Positions 61,332 through 64,000 of a DNA stretch of 64,000 nucleotides are shown here, one piece after another. The position numbers were made by a program, and so were the translations under genes. The DNA is from Promethearchaeota archaeon (GTDB taxonomy: Archaea; Asgardarchaeota; Lokiarchaeia; Sigyniarchaeales; SOKP01). The notes beneath the pieces are model-generated. The model saw only the letters and a program-made list of their open reading frames with translations, searched no databases and had not been told where the DNA came from. Position 1 is the first letter of the stretch. Every line of letters begins with the position of its first letter. The DNA lies in NCBI GenBank assembly GCA_019058245.1, contig JAHPZJ010000013.1, forward strand, positions 105,166 to 169,165, written 5' to 3'.

Positions 61332-61685
61332 ATGGTTGAAAAAGAAGTTCTAGAACAGAAATTAGCAGAGCTTATGGATATAGTTCCTGAGACAGAAGGA
61401 TTAATTGCTGCAGATGCTAATGGAAAAGTATTAGTTGGCCAGACAATTACTGATATGGACCATGGAAAGATTGCTAAGGCATGCGCAGCTATAATAAGAG
61501 ATTCTAATAATTTGGGTAAGGATATTGGGAAAGGTGGTTTAAAGACGACTACCATCGAATTAGACAAGGGTTTTGCTGTTTTAGTAGGCTCAGAGAAAAC
61601 TGTTTTAATTGGTTTAGCTGGAGTTGACGGAAGAAGTTCTCTCGCTCTCCTAAAAAGAAACTTAATCTCAATATCTAATTTATAA
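61332..61685 (+). CDS. Roadblock/LC7 domain protein
   Basis: MVEKEVLEQKL...EGLIAADANGKV; the track ORF's upstream extension is intergenic-like. Confidence 0.8.
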   Translation: MVEKEVLEQKLAELMDIVPETEGLIAADANGKVLVGQTITDMDHGKIAKACAAIIRDSNNLGKDIGKGGLKTTTIELDKGFAVLVGSEKTVLIGLAGVDGRSSLALLKRNLISISNL

Positions 61686-61750
61686 TCTATTTTTATTTTT
61701 CTCCTTTTTTAAAAGAATAGTATTCAAATGATAATATTATTTGTTTAGAG

Positions 61751-64000
61751 CTAATCTTTCTTTTCTTTATCGGTTAATCCTCTTTCTTCTAGAAGTGAAT
61801 CAAGATCAGTCTCTTTTTGCTCTTTATCTCCTTTAGGCTCTTCTAATTCCTTAGGAGGTATTTGGGGAGGAGTAGGTTTTTTCAATTCAGAAACAGGAAC
61901 ATATTTTCCTTTTCTTGGTCGTTTTTTAATTGGTTCTTCAATAGGAGTTTCAATTCGTTTTTTAATTCTCCAAGCATACATTATGGCACCAATCCAGACT
62001 ACAGCAATGATTGCTCCAATGATAAGTATAAAATATTCTATAAAGTAATCATAAAAGGGAGCAGAATAGACTTCAAATGAAGTTTCTTCAGTAATAGTTA
62101 TAGATTTATTAGTTAAGATATTTTGTGCCGTAACTGAAGTTGATATATTTAAAATGTTAATATTATTTATATCAACTTCCACAATTAAATCTGTACTTTC
62201 TCCTGGTAATAATTTTTCTAATTCTAAATAATCTATTGTAACTACTGAGTAGGATAAAGAACGATTAAAATCAATCGAGATATTCTGTAAGATCCTTAGA
62301 GTTGAGTCCCCAATATTATGGATTGTAATACTTATTGTTTCTTTTCTATTTTGATAAATACGATCTGAATTTTTATCGATAGAGATTGAGATCTGATTAG
62401 ATTGATGAAGAACATTAATTGAAATATTTTTTGAAGCACCATTTATGATGTCTCCATCCCATGATAGTTTTATTAATAAATCATCGTTGAAATCAATTTG
62501 TTGAGTATCAATTAAAAATTCTATATAACCATTTGAATTAGTATAATTTGAGTTCAAGAAAATCCATGAATTTAAATAATAATATTGACAGGAAATATTT
62601 TTATTTTCTAATGGAATTCCGAATTCAGTATGCAGTATTGAGCTAACATTAACAGTTTGACCTTTAATTAAAGTCTCAGGATTAATCGACGTATTAATAA
62701 ATTCACTATTTAATTTCAGAAAAAAATCTTTACTATATTGTGTATAGCTACTAAGATAATTTTTATCGAAAATATTTAGTAAAATTGAATTAGTATAAGG
62801 TAGATAAGTACATTCATCTCTTTCAAAATCATTGATTAAACTTTCACTACCTGTCTTTTCATTTATTTTTAATCCTAAAATATAACCATCATAATTATTA
62901 CTAGTTTTACTGCTGAGTAACGAAATGTGACCACTATTATATGTTCCAACCTCATTATCCTCAATATATACGGTAATTAATGTTTGTACCCCAGCTAACC
63001 TTATGGGACTATTTTCTCCCATCCACACGTAGGTAGAAGCATTTAATTCTGGAATTTTTATATTAACATTGAATTCATAATTATCATTTGGATCACCATA
63101 TAATTCTAATGAAACATTATCGGTAGTATTTTGTGCAATAATCCATTCTTCATTCGTATATGAAACAAGTTTCACGTTTATTTTAACATTAACAGGTAGG
63201 ATTTCATATAGATTTGTAATTGAAATTTTACAATTAACTGTTTCATTAGAATTAATAATATTTTGACTCTGTTTGAATGTATCAATTGATATTGGTATTT
63301 GTTGGTCACCAATTTCATAAATAAATTGAGCACTTATATTAGCATCATTAATTGGGAAATAATCAGGTATAGGAGCCCTTTTATTAACTGATGCAACTAA
63401 AACTGTATAATTCTGATATACTTTTTCTATTTTTCCATCAAGTATATTTTTATTTATCTTTGAATAGTATTCAAAATCATTAATCTCTGCTTCGTATGTA
63501 TCTATATATATTTTTAATGTTTTACATCCTATCGCTGAGCCATTATACCAGAAGTAGCCTAAATTATATTCTCCAAATATATTTAAATCTTTTGTCAGAT
63601 TCAAAATTGTCCGATTATCGAAATCATAGAATCGTGTATTACCATTAATAATTCCATCTGAAGAATTTAATTGTGTATCCTGAAATTGTGTACCATTAGG
63701 ATAAAAAAGAGTGACAGTTACATTACCATTAATAGGGGCTTTAGAATTATGGTCTTGTATCTTTAATGCTATAGAGATATTATCTCCATACATAAAACCG
63801 TTGGTTTCCCATAATGTTGCATTGTAATTTATATAACTATACATTTGATTAATAAAGTTATAGCTTGTTAAGTTTAGTGAGTATGTTCCATTAATATTTG
63901 CGAAACTGCTATTAACAACTACCTTATTATACTTTGGATTTCCAGTCAGATTTGTTTGTCCATTCAATCTCCAATAGATCTCTTGATTATTTGGGTTAGT
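61751..64000 (-). CDS. Large surface glycoprotein (Ig-like domains, C-terminal TM, charged tail), 5' partial
   Basis: Frame open to the window end, many N-x-S/T sequons, TM followed by a K/P/E-rich tail. Confidence 0.8.
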   Translation of the reverse strand, partial: TNPNNQEIYWRLNGQTNLTGNPKYNKVVVNSSFANINGTYSLNLTSYNFINQMYSYINYNATLWETNGFMYGDNISIALKIQDHNSKAPINGNVTVTLFYPNGTQFQDTQLNSSDGIINGNTRFYDFDNRTILNLTKDLNIFGEYNLGYFWYNGSAIGCKTLKIYIDTYEAEINDFEYYSKINKNILDGKIEKVYQNYTVLVASVNKRAPIPDYFPINDANISAQFIYEIGDQQIPISIDTFKQSQNIINSNETVNCKISITNLYEILPVNVKINVKLVSYTNEEWIIAQNTTDNVSLELYGDPNDNYEFNVNIKIPELNASTYVWMGENSPIRLAGVQTLITVYIEDNEVGTYNSGHISLLSSKTSNNYDGYILGLKINEKTGSESLINDFERDECTYLPYTNSILLNIFDKNYLSSYTQYSKDFFLKLNSEFINTSINPETLIKGQTVNVSSILHTEFGIPLENKNISCQYYYLNSWIFLNSNYTNSNGYIEFLIDTQQIDFNDDLLIKLSWDGDIINGASKNISINVLHQSNQISISIDKNSDRIYQNRKETISITIHNIGDSTLRILQNISIDFNRSLSYSVVTIDYLELEKLLPGESTDLIVEVDINNINILNISTSVTAQNILTNKSITITEETSFEVYSAPFYDYFIEYFILIIGAIIAVVWIGAIMYAWRIKKRIETPIEEPIKKRPRKGKYVPVSELKKPTPPQIPPKELEEPKGDKEQKETDLDSLLEERGLTDKEKKD

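Noticed and set aside
1709..62080. Short ORFs overlapping real genes (e.g. 1709, 3727, 7653, 9358, 14061, 14076, 22294, 35301, 42110, 42666, 54264, 57591, 61310, 61862)
   Set aside because: Antisense or alternate-frame shadows of well-supported CDSs, with no recognisable motifs

Overview
Strongly AT-rich archaeal chromosomal DNA, most likely from an Asgard archaeon (Lokiarchaeia). This assignment is inferred from Roadblock/LC7 proteins, a ubiquitin-like protein, an OSTC/DC2-like protein, a PGY-type C-terminal anchor, GGTGA Shine-Dalgarno motifs and a eukaryote-type SECIS. No rRNA, tRNA, CRISPR array or transposase was recognised. Gene content: Cdc48; a ~4-15 kb Fe-S/metallocofactor island (DUF134, three NifB/NifX proteins, two MinD-ferredoxin ATPases, Mrp, IscU, radical SAM) marked by a repeated palindrome TGAATAATTATTCA; DtxR plus feoAB; a sugar ABC transporter with a fused permease; a PAS histidine kinase; a coupled GNAT/kinase-like operon; a degenerate fwdGBDA-like cluster; and housekeeping and membrane genes. 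Three signals stand out that the ORF track does not show. (1) A ~350-nt stand-alone, multi-branched structured RNA on the minus strand (46719-47066) with its own TATA box, GNRA loops and U-tract, lacking RNase P and SRP signature motifs. (2) A small single-TM gene (41016-41276, minus) with an in-frame UGA in a GG-U-GC context, followed immediately by a eukaryote-like SECIS, i.e. a candidate new SelK/SelS-like selenoprotein. (3) Repeated use of ATT/ATA/GTT/TTA/CTG start codons at a near-fixed spacing from the SD. All calls are by-eye pattern recognition without database searches.
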